Assembly (NCBI GenBank): GCA_031414115.1
Contig: JANOGS010000218.1
Coordinates: forward strand, 1 to 49,032
DNA length: 49,032 bases
Direction: 5' to 3'
Source of the DNA: Novosphingobium sp.
GTDB taxonomy: Bacteria; Pseudomonadota; Alphaproteobacteria; Sphingomonadales; Sphingomonadaceae
The position numbers were made by a program, and so were the translations under genes. Position 1 is the stretch's first letter. Each line of letters opens with the position of its first letter. Under the pieces are notes generated by a model. The model saw nothing but the letters and a program-made list of their open reading frames with translations, had not been told where the DNA came from and searched no databases. Of the stretch, positions 28,603 through 37,069 are shown piece by piece.

Positions 28603-29768
28603 TGAACCTCTCTTGCTCCCTCAACCGCATCGCACCGTCGCGGACCACCACCATGACCGACCGGGCGACGGAACTGCGCGGGCAGGGCCGCGACATCATC
28701 TCGCTGTCGGTCGGCGAACCCGATTTCGCCACTCCGGCCCACGTCCTGGCCGCCGCCAAGGCCGCGCTTGATGTCGGCGAGACCAAGTACACGCCGGTGG
28801 CAGGCACCCAGCGACTGCGCGAGGCGGCGGCGCTGCACTTTGCCCGCGACCTCGGGATCGCGGTGCCGACCGCGCAGGTGATCGTCAGCGCCGGGGGCAA
28901 GCAGGCGATCTTCCACGCGCTGCTGGCCACGCTTGATCCGGGTGACGAGGTGCTGATCCCCAGCCCATGGTGGGTGAGCTATCCCGAGATCGTCCACTTC
29001 GCCGGGGCGGAAGTGGTGGCCTTGCCGACCAGCGCCGCCGGCGGCTTCCGGATCACCGCGCCGCAGCTCGAAGCCGCGATCACGCCCCACACCCGCTGGC
29101 TGCTGCTCAATTCTCCCGGCAACCCGACCGGCGCGGTCTATCCCGCCGCCGAGCTGCACGCACTGGGCGAAGTGCTGGCGCGGCACCGCCACGTTCTGGT
29201 GATGTCCGACGATATCTACGCGCCGCTGCGCTACACGCCGGGCGCCCACGCGACCCTGGCGGCGGAATGCCCGGCGCTGGCCGAGCGGGTGCTGACTGTG
29301 TCGGGCGTCTCCAAAAGCCATGCCATGACCGGCTTCCGGATCGGGGTGGCCGCCGGGCCGGAGTGGCTGATCTCGGCGATGGCGCGGCTGCAATCGCACA
29401 ATTCGGGCAACCCTGCCTCGATCAGCCAGGCCGCTGCGGTCGCCGCGTTCGAAGGGCCGCAGGAGTTTCTGGTTGAATGGCGCGAGCGATTCCGCGCGCG
29501 CCGCGACAGGGTGGTCGCCGCGATCAATGCGATCCCCGGCCTCAGTTGCCCGGTGCCCGACGGCGCGTTCTATTGCATGGTCGATGCCGCGCCGCTGATG
29601 GCCCGGTTCGGGGATGACGAGGCGCTGTGCCTGCACCTGCTCGATCACGGCGTCGCGGCGGTGGCGGCCTCGGCCTTCGGCGGGACAAGCGGCTTGCGGA
29701 TCAGCTTCGCGGCGGATGAAGCCAAGCTGGAGGAAGCGCTGCGGCGGATCGCGGGGGCGGTAAGATGA
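28602..29768 (+). CDS. Class I/II PLP aminotransferase (aspartate aminotransferase-like)
   Basis: SVGEPDF, GGKQAI, LNSPGNPTG, SDDIY, GVSKSHAMTGFRIG (PLP lysine), PDGAFY. Confidence 0.94.
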   Translation: MNLSCSLNRIAPSRTTTMTDRATELRGQGRDIISLSVGEPDFATPAHVLAAAKAALDVGETKYTPVAGTQRLREAAALHFARDLGIAVPTAQVIVSAGGKQAIFHALLATLDPGDEVLIPSPWWVSYPEIVHFAGAEVVALPTSAAGGFRITAPQLEAAITPHTRWLLLNSPGNPTGAVYPAAELHALGEVLARHRHVLVMSDDIYAPLRYTPGAHATLAAECPALAERVLTVSGVSKSHAMTGFRIGVAAGPEWLISAMARLQSHNSGNPASISQAAAVAAFEGPQEFLVEWRERFRARRDRVVAAINAIPGLSCPVPDGAFYCMVDAAPLMARFGDDEALCLHLLDHGVAAVAASAFGGTSGLRISFAADEAKLEEALRRIAGAVR

Positions 29769-29774
29769 TTTGGT

Positions 29775-29921
29775 TCACACGAAGCCACGAAGGCACGAAG
29801 ATGCTGCTCATGCGGCAAAGCCGCGCTCTAAACGTAAGTTTCGCACTGGCGGCACCCTTGCGTGAAAGTACCATGCCTGCGGCGGGAAGTGACCTCTTCG
29901 TGTCTTCGTGTCTTCGTGTGA
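29775..29921. repeat. Octamer-armed palindromic element, copy C (147 bp)
   Basis: 29771-29801 matches the reverse complement of 29895-29925 at 29/31, both mismatches at the variable octamer position; hairpins GCGGC-AAA-GCCGC (29812-29824) and GCC-TGC-GGC (29875-29883). Confidence 0.9.
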
Positions 29922-29930
29922 ACCAGTAAA

Positions 29931-30596
29931 ATGGCCATCCCGATCCTCTTCGAAGACGGCGAAGCGCTGGTGATCGACAAGCCTGCCGGCCTGCCGATCG
30001 AGCGCCCGCGCGCCGGTGGACCGAGCCTGGAGGACCACCTTGAGGAGCTCAAGCTCGGCTTCCAGCGTGCGCCGGTGGCGGTCCACCGAATCGATACCGA
30101 TACCTCGGGCTGTCTGCTGCTGGCGCGCAATCCCAAGGCGCTCAAGCGCTTCAACGCCGCGTTCGAGGCGCGCGGGGTGCACAAGGTCTATCTCGGGATC
30201 GTCGCTGGAACGCTGGCGGCGGACAGTGGCACGATCGAGCTCGCGCTGACCAAGATCAGCAGCGCTGGGCAGGGCTGGCGGATGATCGCAGCGAAGAAGG
30301 GCAAGCCCTCGGTGACGCATTGGCGCAGGCTGGTCGAACGCGGCGGACTGACCCTGGTCGAGTTCCGCCCGGAGACCGGCCGCACCCACCAGATCCGCGT
30401 ACACGCCGAACTTGGCCTGCGCCACCCGCTGCTCGGCGATCCGGTCTATGGCAGCGCAACCGGCGCGCCGCGGACAATCCTCCACGCGCTCGCGCTGACC
30501 GTACCGCGCGAGGGCAAGCCGCCGATCGCGGCGCGCGCGCCATTGCCCGCCGATTTCGCAGGCCTGGGGTTCAGCGATGACGATCTCGGCGGATGA
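29931..30596 (+). CDS. RluA-family RNA pseudouridine synthase
   Basis: VIDKPAGL, VHRIDTDTSG (catalytic Asp), KVYL, ETGRTHQIRVH, LGDPVYG, LHA. Confidence 0.94.
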   Translation: MAIPILFEDGEALVIDKPAGLPIERPRAGGPSLEDHLEELKLGFQRAPVAVHRIDTDTSGCLLLARNPKALKRFNAAFEARGVHKVYLGIVAGTLAADSGTIELALTKISSAGQGWRMIAAKKGKPSVTHWRRLVERGGLTLVEFRPETGRTHQIRVHAELGLRHPLLGDPVYGSATGAPRTILHALALTVPREGKPPIAARAPLPADFAGLGFSDDDLGG

Positions 30597-30996
30597 GGCC
30601 CTGACCCGCGCGCTTTCGCTCGCCAGTGAGAGCTTTATCACTGCCTCCGGGCCGGGCGGGCAGAACGTCAACAAGGTCGCGACTGCGGTTCAGCTCAGGC
30701 TCGAAATCTATGCGCTGGCCCTGCCGGTGCCGGTGTTCGCGCGGCTCAAGCAGCTCGCCGGTAGCCGCCTGACCTCCAAAGGCGAACTGCTGCTCACTGC
30801 GCAGCGCTTTCGCACCCAGGAAGCCAACCGCAGCGACGCGCGGGCAAGGCTGAGCGAGCTGATCGCGGAAGCCTTCAACCTCCCCGAAAAGCGCGCCCGC
30901 ACCCGGCTCAACCGGATCAACAAGGGCGAGCGGCTGGAAGGCAAGAAAAAGCGCGGCGCGGTCAAGGCCGGGCGGGGCAAGGTGCAATTCGATTAA
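30577..30996 (+). CDS. arfB: Alternative ribosome-rescue peptidyl-tRNA hydrolase ArfB
   Basis: ASGPGGQNVNKVATAVQLR, RTQEANR, basic C-terminal tail. Confidence 0.95.
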   Translation: MTISADEALTRALSLASESFITASGPGGQNVNKVATAVQLRLEIYALALPVPVFARLKQLAGSRLTSKGELLLTAQRFRTQEANRSDARARLSELIAEAFNLPEKRARTRLNRINKGERLEGKKKRGAVKAGRGKVQFD

Positions 30997-31841
30997 GTTG
31001 CGCTGGCGCTCATCACCTGACGGCCGTCGCCAGCGAAGGCGCCAAGCTCAAAGCCGCCTTCGCCAGGGCGCATGACAAGGTGCAGTTCCTCTCCGCAGAT
31101 CGCCGGAGTCAGTCCCCGGAAAGCGAAGCTCGCCAAGGCATTGTCACCCAACTCGCGCTGCGCCAGATCGAGCAGCAGGGTCGCGGTCAGCGGGCCGTGG
31201 ACCACCAGCCCGCGGTAGTTCTCTTCGCCGATCGCATAGGGCGCATCGTAGTGAATCCGGTGGCTGTTGAAGGTCAGCGCCGAGTAGCGAAACAGCAGCG
31301 GTTCGGACGGGACCAGCGCCCGGTGCGCGGTCCAGGCGACAGGGTCGAACCGCCCCTCGCCCAGCGGCGGCGGCGCGGGCGGAGCGCCGGGTTCTGCCGG
31401 GGCGCGGAAGACCAGCGACTGGACCTCGCGCACCGCCAGGCCGCCTTCGCCCGAGGTTTCATGCGCCACCTCGACGAACACCAGCTGGCCCGAGCCGCCG
31501 GTCTTTTCGGTCACCGAGAGCACCCGCGAGATGCGGCTGGCCGCTTCACCGGGGCGCAGCGGGGCGCGGAATTCCAGCTTGCTCGAAGCCCACATCCTGC
31601 GCGGCAGCGGCACCGGCGGGAGGAAGCTGGCAGGGCTGTCATCGCGCAACGGGTGGCCATCCGGGCCCAGCCGGGCAGTCGCCGCATCGGGCGCACACAG
31701 GCACCAGTGCAGCCCTTGCGGAACCGTGCCGTCGCCCGGCGCGGCGCGGTCGAGTGTCGCCAGCCAGCGCGCGAACAGGCCCGGATCGACCCGGTCGCTG
31801 CGGCGTTCCTCGCGCCCGATCCAGGCTTGCCAGGCGCCCAT
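30993..31841 (-). CDS. Double-hotdog acyl-CoA hydratase (Meh/Ich/HTD2-like)
   Basis: LGPDGHP, PVPLPRRMWA, LFRYSALTFNSHRIHYD, GLVVHGPL. Confidence 0.85.
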   Translation of the reverse strand: MGAWQAWIGREERRSDRVDPGLFARWLATLDRAAPGDGTVPQGLHWCLCAPDAATARLGPDGHPLRDDSPASFLPPVPLPRRMWASSKLEFRAPLRPGEAASRISRVLSVTEKTGGSGQLVFVEVAHETSGEGGLAVREVQSLVFRAPAEPGAPPAPPPLGEGRFDPVAWTAHRALVPSEPLLFRYSALTFNSHRIHYDAPYAIGEENYRGLVVHGPLTATLLLDLAQRELGDNALASFAFRGLTPAICGEELHLVMRPGEGGFELGAFAGDGRQVMSASAT

Positions 31842-33436
31842 CAGTTGCGTCCTTCCAGCAGGCCCCGCGCGATCACCTGGGCCTGGATTTCCGCCGCGCC
31901 TTCGAAGATGTTGAGGATCCGCGCGTCGCACAGCACCCGGCTGATCTCGTATTCGAGCGCATAGCCATTGCCGCCGTGGATCTGCAAAGCGGCATCGGCG
32001 TTCGACCAGGCGGTGCGGGCGGCGAGCAGCTTGGCCATGCCGGCCTCGATATCGCAGCGTTTCCCTGAATCCTTGGCCCGGGCGGCGGCATAGCTGAGTT
32101 CGCGCGACATCAGCCAGTCGACCAGGCTCATCGCCAGCTTGTCCGCAACCCGCGGGAAATGGACGATCGCCTTGCCGAACTGCTTGCGGTTCAGGGCATA
32201 GTCCAGCCCCAGCTCAAGCGCGCGCCGCGCCACCCCCACCGCGCGCGCGGCAGTCTGGATCCGGGCGCCTTCGAAGGTCCGCATCAGCTGCTTGAAGCCC
32301 TGCCCTTCCTGTCCGCCAAGCAGCGCATCGCCGGGAGCCAGCATCCCGTCGAACGACAACGCATATTCGCGCATCCCGCGGTAGCCGAGCACTTCGATCT
32401 CGCTGCCCGCCATGCCCGCGGCCGGGAACGGATCGGCTTCGGTGCCGCGTGGTTTGGGGACCAGCAGCATCGACAGCCCGGCATAGCCCTTGGCGTCGGG
32501 CAGGGTCCGGGCCAGCAGCGTCATCATGTCGGAGCGGGCGGCGTGAGTGATCCAGGTCTTGGCCCCGTCGATCCGCCAAGCGTCTCCTTCGCGCCGCGCC
32601 CTAGTCTGGAGCGAACCAAGGTCCGAGCCGGTATCGGGTTCGGTGAACACTGCGGTCGGCAGCACTTCGCCGCTGGCGATCCGGGGGAGCCACGCCGCCT
32701 TCTGCTCTTCGGTCCCGCCCATCGCGATCAGCTCGCCGGCGATCTCGCTGCGGGTGCCGAGCGAACCCGCGCCGATCCAGCCGCGCGAGAGTTCCTCGGT
32801 GACCAGGCACATCACCAGCTTGCCCAGGCCCAGCCCGCCATATTCCTCAGGGATACAGACCCCGAACGTGCCCAGTTCAGCCATCGCCGCAACGGTGGAA
32901 TCGGGGATCAGCGCGTTGGCGAGGTGCCACTGATGGGCGTGGGGCAGGATCTCGGCAGCGGTGAATTTGCGGAACTGGTCGCGGATCGCATCGAGCTCGG
33001 CGTCGTGCAGCGTCTCGCTCGGCCAGTGCCCGGCGGCGAGCGCAGCGCTTAGCTCGGCGCGGGTTTCGGCGTGGTCGGCATCGATCAGATCACCGCAGGC
33101 ATGGGACAGATCGCGCGCGGCTTCGCCCAGTCCGAGGTCAGCGGGACGGAACAGCTCGTTCTGGCCCATCGGCAAGCCGCCGGTGAGCTGGGCGACGGTT
33201 TCGGCAAAGGCCAGCTTCGCGACCAGCGCATCGACCGGATTGGCCCCGGCGCCCGCTTCGAGCCAGCCGTGCACCGCCTCCAGCGCGGCGACAGAAGTGG
33301 CAACCCAGGCAAAACCGTGCGCGGCGCGCTGGTGCGCGTCGATCCGCTGGCCCTCGAGACGTTCGGCCAGCGCCGCCTGGGCGGTGACGCAATAGCCCTG
33401 CGCGGCGCCGAGGACATGGCCGAGATCGGTCTTCAT
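31841..33436 (-). CDS. Acyl-CoA dehydrogenase, methylsuccinyl-CoA dehydrogenase (Mcd)-like
   Basis: Long N-terminal extension (QRAAHGFAW, GGLPMGQNE), EELSRGWIGAGSLGTRSEIA, PTAVFTEPDTGSDLGSL, EIEVLGYRGMREY, DARILNIFEGAAEIQA. Confidence 0.85.
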   Translation of the reverse strand: MKTDLGHVLGAAQGYCVTAQAALAERLEGQRIDAHQRAAHGFAWVATSVAALEAVHGWLEAGAGANPVDALVAKLAFAETVAQLTGGLPMGQNELFRPADLGLGEAARDLSHACGDLIDADHAETRAELSAALAAGHWPSETLHDAELDAIRDQFRKFTAAEILPHAHQWHLANALIPDSTVAAMAELGTFGVCIPEEYGGLGLGKLVMCLVTEELSRGWIGAGSLGTRSEIAGELIAMGGTEEQKAAWLPRIASGEVLPTAVFTEPDTGSDLGSLQTRARREGDAWRIDGAKTWITHAARSDMMTLLARTLPDAKGYAGLSMLLVPKPRGTEADPFPAAGMAGSEIEVLGYRGMREYALSFDGMLAPGDALLGGQEGQGFKQLMRTFEGARIQTAARAVGVARRALELGLDYALNRKQFGKAIVHFPRVADKLAMSLVDWLMSRELSYAAARAKDSGKRCDIEAGMAKLLAARTAWSNADAALQIHGGNGYALEYEISRVLCDARILNIFEGAAEIQAQVIARGLLEGRN

Positions 33437-33437
33437 C

Positions 33438-34652
33438 CTAGGCGGCCCGCTCGAACACGGCGGCGATCCCCTGGCCGCCGCCGATGCACATCGTTTCAAG
33501 GCCATAGCGGACATCGCGGCGGTGCATCTCGCGCGTCAGGTTGGCGAGGATCCGGCCGCCGGTCGCCCCGATCGGATGGCCGAGCGAAATCCCCGAGCCG
33601 TTGACGTTGAGCATATCGTGGCGCGAATCATCGTCCGCCCAGCCCCAGCCCTTGAGGCAGGCAAGGACTTGCGGGGCGAAGGCCTCGTTGAGTTCGATCA
33701 GGCCGATGTCGGACCAGCTGAGCCCGTTGCGCGAAAACAGCCGTTCGGTCGCCGGGACCGGGCCATAGCCCATCCGGCTGGGATCGCAGCCCGCCGCTGC
33801 CCACGAATGGAACCAGGCGACCGGCTCCAGCCCCAATTCCTCGAGCTTGTCCTCGGCGACCACCAGGCAGGCGGCAGCGGCATCGTTCTGCTGGCTGGCA
33901 TTGCCGGCGGTGACGACCCCGCCTTCGAGCGGGCGCAGCTTGCCGAGCGTTTCCAGCGAAGCATCGGCGCGGTAACCCTCGTCGTGATCGAACACCAGCG
34001 CATCGCCTTTCTTCTGCGGCACCGCGACCGGGACCAGTTCGTCGGCGAACAGGCCGTTCGCCCAGGCCGCCGCAGCACGCTGGTGGCTGCGCGCGGCATA
34101 GCCGTCGCAGTCCTCGCGGCTGATCTGGTGGTCGCGCGCGAGGTTCTCGGCAGTCTCGATCATGCCGGAGATCACGCCGTAGCGTTCGATCGGCTGGCTC
34201 ATCACCCGGCCGCGGGTCAGGCGGTCATGCAGGGTCAGATTGCCGGCCCGCACGCCCTTGCGGATATCGGTGGTGTAGTGCTCGACATTGGACATCGATT
34301 CGCAGCCGCCGGCGACGACTACGTCGGAAACCCCGGTCTGGACCATCATCGCCGCGTTGACCACGGCTTGCAGGCCGGAACCGCAGCGGCGGTCAAGCTG
34401 GTAGCCCGGGACTTGTTCGGGCAGCCCCGCGAGCAGCCATGACCAGTGGGCGATGCACGGCGCTTCGCCATTGCCATAGCCCTGCGCGAAAACCACTTCG
34501 TCGACCCGGGCGGGATCGATCTTGGTGCGCTCCATCAGGGCTGTGAGGACGGTCGCGCCAAGCTGTCCGGCGGTCAGCGAGGACAGCGCCCCGCCAAACT
34601 TGCCGACAGGTGTGCGGATGGGCGAGACAATGGCAGCGCGTCGCAGGGTCAT
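33438..34652 (-). CDS. Thiolase (acetyl-CoA C-acyltransferase)
   Basis: RRCGSGLQ, TAGNASQQNDAAA, ELNEAFA, NVNGSGISLGHPIGATG, CIGGGQG. Confidence 0.96.
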   Translation of the reverse strand: MTLRRAAIVSPIRTPVGKFGGALSSLTAGQLGATVLTALMERTKIDPARVDEVVFAQGYGNGEAPCIAHWSWLLAGLPEQVPGYQLDRRCGSGLQAVVNAAMMVQTGVSDVVVAGGCESMSNVEHYTTDIRKGVRAGNLTLHDRLTRGRVMSQPIERYGVISGMIETAENLARDHQISREDCDGYAARSHQRAAAAWANGLFADELVPVAVPQKKGDALVFDHDEGYRADASLETLGKLRPLEGGVVTAGNASQQNDAAAACLVVAEDKLEELGLEPVAWFHSWAAAGCDPSRMGYGPVPATERLFSRNGLSWSDIGLIELNEAFAPQVLACLKGWGWADDDSRHDMLNVNGSGISLGHPIGATGGRILANLTREMHRRDVRYGLETMCIGGGQGIAAVFERAA

Positions 34653-35881
34653 TTCGGGTCCTTGTCACTGGCGGCAACCACGCCGCGATCGATCAGCGCG
34701 GCGATCGCGCCGGAGGAAAGTCCTAGGCGCTCGGCCAGCACTTCCTCGCTGTGCTCGCCAAGATAGGGCGCGGGCTGCGGATCGCCGGCCTCGCGACCGG
34801 GAATGTTGGCAAAGCTGCGCGGAGCGGGATAGGCAAACCCGCTGGGGTTGGCGGGCGAGGGACCGAACAACGGGTTGTCGGCTACCAGCTGCGGATCGTT
34901 GGCCGCCTCGAACATGGTCCGGTAGCGTTCAAACGTCGCGCCGGCCTTGGTCAGGCGCGCGGCGAGATCGCCATAGTCGAACCGGCTGGCGGCTTGCTGG
35001 AACAAGTCGAACAGCGCGTGGCGGTGGACAAAGCGCGGGTCGTCACCGCTGGCGAAGCGCACTCCGAGCTGCGTTTCCAGCGCCGCCACTTCGTCCGCCA
35101 GGTCGAAGGCCGCAAGCGCCGCCGTCCATTGCTTGGCGGTCAGCACCGCAACCATTAAGCGCTTGCCGTCGCGGCTCAGGAAGTCGCGGCCGAAAGCCCC
35201 CCAGATGGCGTTGCCGAGCCGTTCGCGATCCGCGCCGCGGTAAAGCATTTCCGGCATTGCCCCGGCGTTGAACGCGGTGCCGATCGCGACATCGCCCAGG
35301 GGCACCCGCAGCTCGCTGCCTTGTCCGCTGGCCTCGCGGTGCCTCAGCCCGGCGAGCAGCGCGAAGGCGCAGTAGGCGCCGGTGATGAAATCCCAGGCCG
35401 GCAGGATCTGGTTGACCGGCGGGGCGCTGGCCGGGTCCCAGTCCGCGGGCCCGGTCATCAGCGGATAGCCGCTCGCCGCATTGACCGTGAAGTCCATCGC
35501 CTGGCGCCCGTCGTGCCAGCCCAAGATCCGCACCGAAACCAGGTCGGGACGGCCCTCGGCCACGGCGGCGTGGCTGAGGAAGGACTGCGCCGGCAGGTTG
35601 GTGATCAGCTGCCCGGTGCGCCGTGTCAGCTCGACCAGCAGCTCGCGCCCCTCGCCGCTTTGCAGGTCGAGCGCGACGCTCTTCTTGGCGCGGTTGAGGT
35701 TCTCCCACGACAGCGAGCGGCCCTCAGCTGTCAGCATATAGCGGTCATAGTCGAGCCCGCCCGCCTTGTGATCGACCCGGATCACCTCGGCGCCGAATTG
35801 CGCGCAATAGAGCCCGGCGGTGGGCGAGGCGACGAACGAGGACGCTACGATGATCGATAGGCCGGAGAGGAGCTGGTACAC
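34649..35881 (-). CDS. Family III CoA-transferase, mesaconyl-CoA C1-C4 CoA transferase (Mct)-like
   Basis: SSFVASP, GGLDY, NLNRAKKS, DFTVNA, VNQILPAWD (catalytic Asp), GNAIWGAFGRDF, APYLGEHS closely follow the Chloroflexus Mct pattern as recalled. GTG start 35881 inferred. Confidence 0.82.
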   Translation of the reverse strand: MYQLLSGLSIIVASSFVASPTAGLYCAQFGAEVIRVDHKAGGLDYDRYMLTAEGRSLSWENLNRAKKSVALDLQSGEGRELLVELTRRTGQLITNLPAQSFLSHAAVAEGRPDLVSVRILGWHDGRQAMDFTVNAASGYPLMTGPADWDPASAPPVNQILPAWDFITGAYCAFALLAGLRHREASGQGSELRVPLGDVAIGTAFNAGAMPEMLYRGADRERLGNAIWGAFGRDFLSRDGKRLMVAVLTAKQWTAALAAFDLADEVAALETQLGVRFASGDDPRFVHRHALFDLFQQAASRFDYGDLAARLTKAGATFERYRTMFEAANDPQLVADNPLFGPSPANPSGFAYPAPRSFANIPGREAGDPQPAPYLGEHSEEVLAERLGLSSGAIAALIDRGVVAASDKDPK

Positions 35882-35886
35882 CCGGT

Positions 35887-37056
35887 CTAGCCCTGCGCCG
35901 CCGCCCATTCGCGGAGCATGTGCTTGGCGATCTGGAGCTGGAGGATCTGCGTGGTGCCTTCGTAGATCCGGTAGACCCGGGCATCGCGGAAGAACCGCTC
36001 GGCCTCGTATTCGGCGAGGTAGCCGGCGCCGCCGTAGATCTGCACCACCCGGTCGACCACCCGGCCGCACATCTCGGTGGCGAAGACCTTGGCCGCGGCG
36101 GCTTTCCTCAGCACGTTCTCACCCGCGTCGGCGCGCTCGGCGGCATCGTCGAGCATGCATTCGGCGGCGTAGATCTCGATCTCGCTGTCGGCCAGCATCT
36201 GCTGGATCAGCTGAAAATTGGCGATCGGCTCGCCAAACGCTTTGCGCTCGTTGGCATAGCGCAGCGCCGAATCGAGCGCGCGGCGGGCATAACCGGCTGC
36301 CGCCGAACCCACCGACAAGCGACCATTGTCGAGGCTCTGCATCGCGGTGACGAAGCCCTTGCCTTCCTCCAGCCCGAGCAGCGCCTCGGCGGGCAGCTCG
36401 ACATTGTCCATGACAATATCGGCGATGTGGCTGCCGGCCTGGCCCATCTTCTGGTCGCTCTTGCCGACCGACACGCCGGGCGTGGCCATCGGCACCAGGA
36501 AGGCCGAGACGTGGGCGTTTTTGGGCAGCGCCTCCTTGCTGGTCCGGGCCATGATCAGCGCGACTTCGGCGAACGGGGCGTTGGTGATGTAGCGCTTGGT
36601 CCCGTTCAGCACCCAGCCATTGCCGCTGCGCACCGCGGTGGTCTGCATCGCCGCCGAATCCGAACCCGAGCCCGGCTCGGTCAGCCCGAAGCTGGCGATC
36701 GCGCCTGCCGCAAGTTTGGGCAACCATTCAGCCTGCTGCGCCGGCGTCCCGCCTTTCATCAGCGCCGAGCAGACCATGCCGACGTTGATCGAAGTGATCG
36801 AGCGGTAGCAGGGCATCGCATAGCTTAGTTCACGGATTGTGCGCGTGTACTGCCTGATATTCATCCCGGCGCCACCGAAGTGCTCGGGCATGGTGAAGCC
36901 GAACAGGCCCATGTCGCGCATTTCGGCGAGAATCTCGTCGGGGATCCGGTCGGCCTCGATCACCTCTTTCTCGGCCGGGACCAGTCGTTCGCGGACATAA
37001 CGGCGCAGCTGCTCGATGAACTGGTCGAAGACGTCGGCGTCCATTCCGGAATTCAT
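35887..37056 (-). CDS. Acyl-CoA dehydrogenase
   Basis: FGLTEPGSGSD, LNGTKRYITN, KMGQAG, RKAFGEPI, QIYGGAGY, RIYEGTTQI; RBS GAGGAG before ATG 37056. Confidence 0.95.
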   Translation of the reverse strand: MNSGMDADVFDQFIEQLRRYVRERLVPAEKEVIEADRIPDEILAEMRDMGLFGFTMPEHFGGAGMNIRQYTRTIRELSYAMPCYRSITSINVGMVCSALMKGGTPAQQAEWLPKLAAGAIASFGLTEPGSGSDSAAMQTTAVRSGNGWVLNGTKRYITNAPFAEVALIMARTSKEALPKNAHVSAFLVPMATPGVSVGKSDQKMGQAGSHIADIVMDNVELPAEALLGLEEGKGFVTAMQSLDNGRLSVGSAAAGYARRALDSALRYANERKAFGEPIANFQLIQQMLADSEIEIYAAECMLDDAAERADAGENVLRKAAAAKVFATEMCGRVVDRVVQIYGGAGYLAEYEAERFFRDARVYRIYEGTTQILQLQIAKHMLREWAAAQG

Positions 37057-37069
37057 TGCGGGCCGCTCC

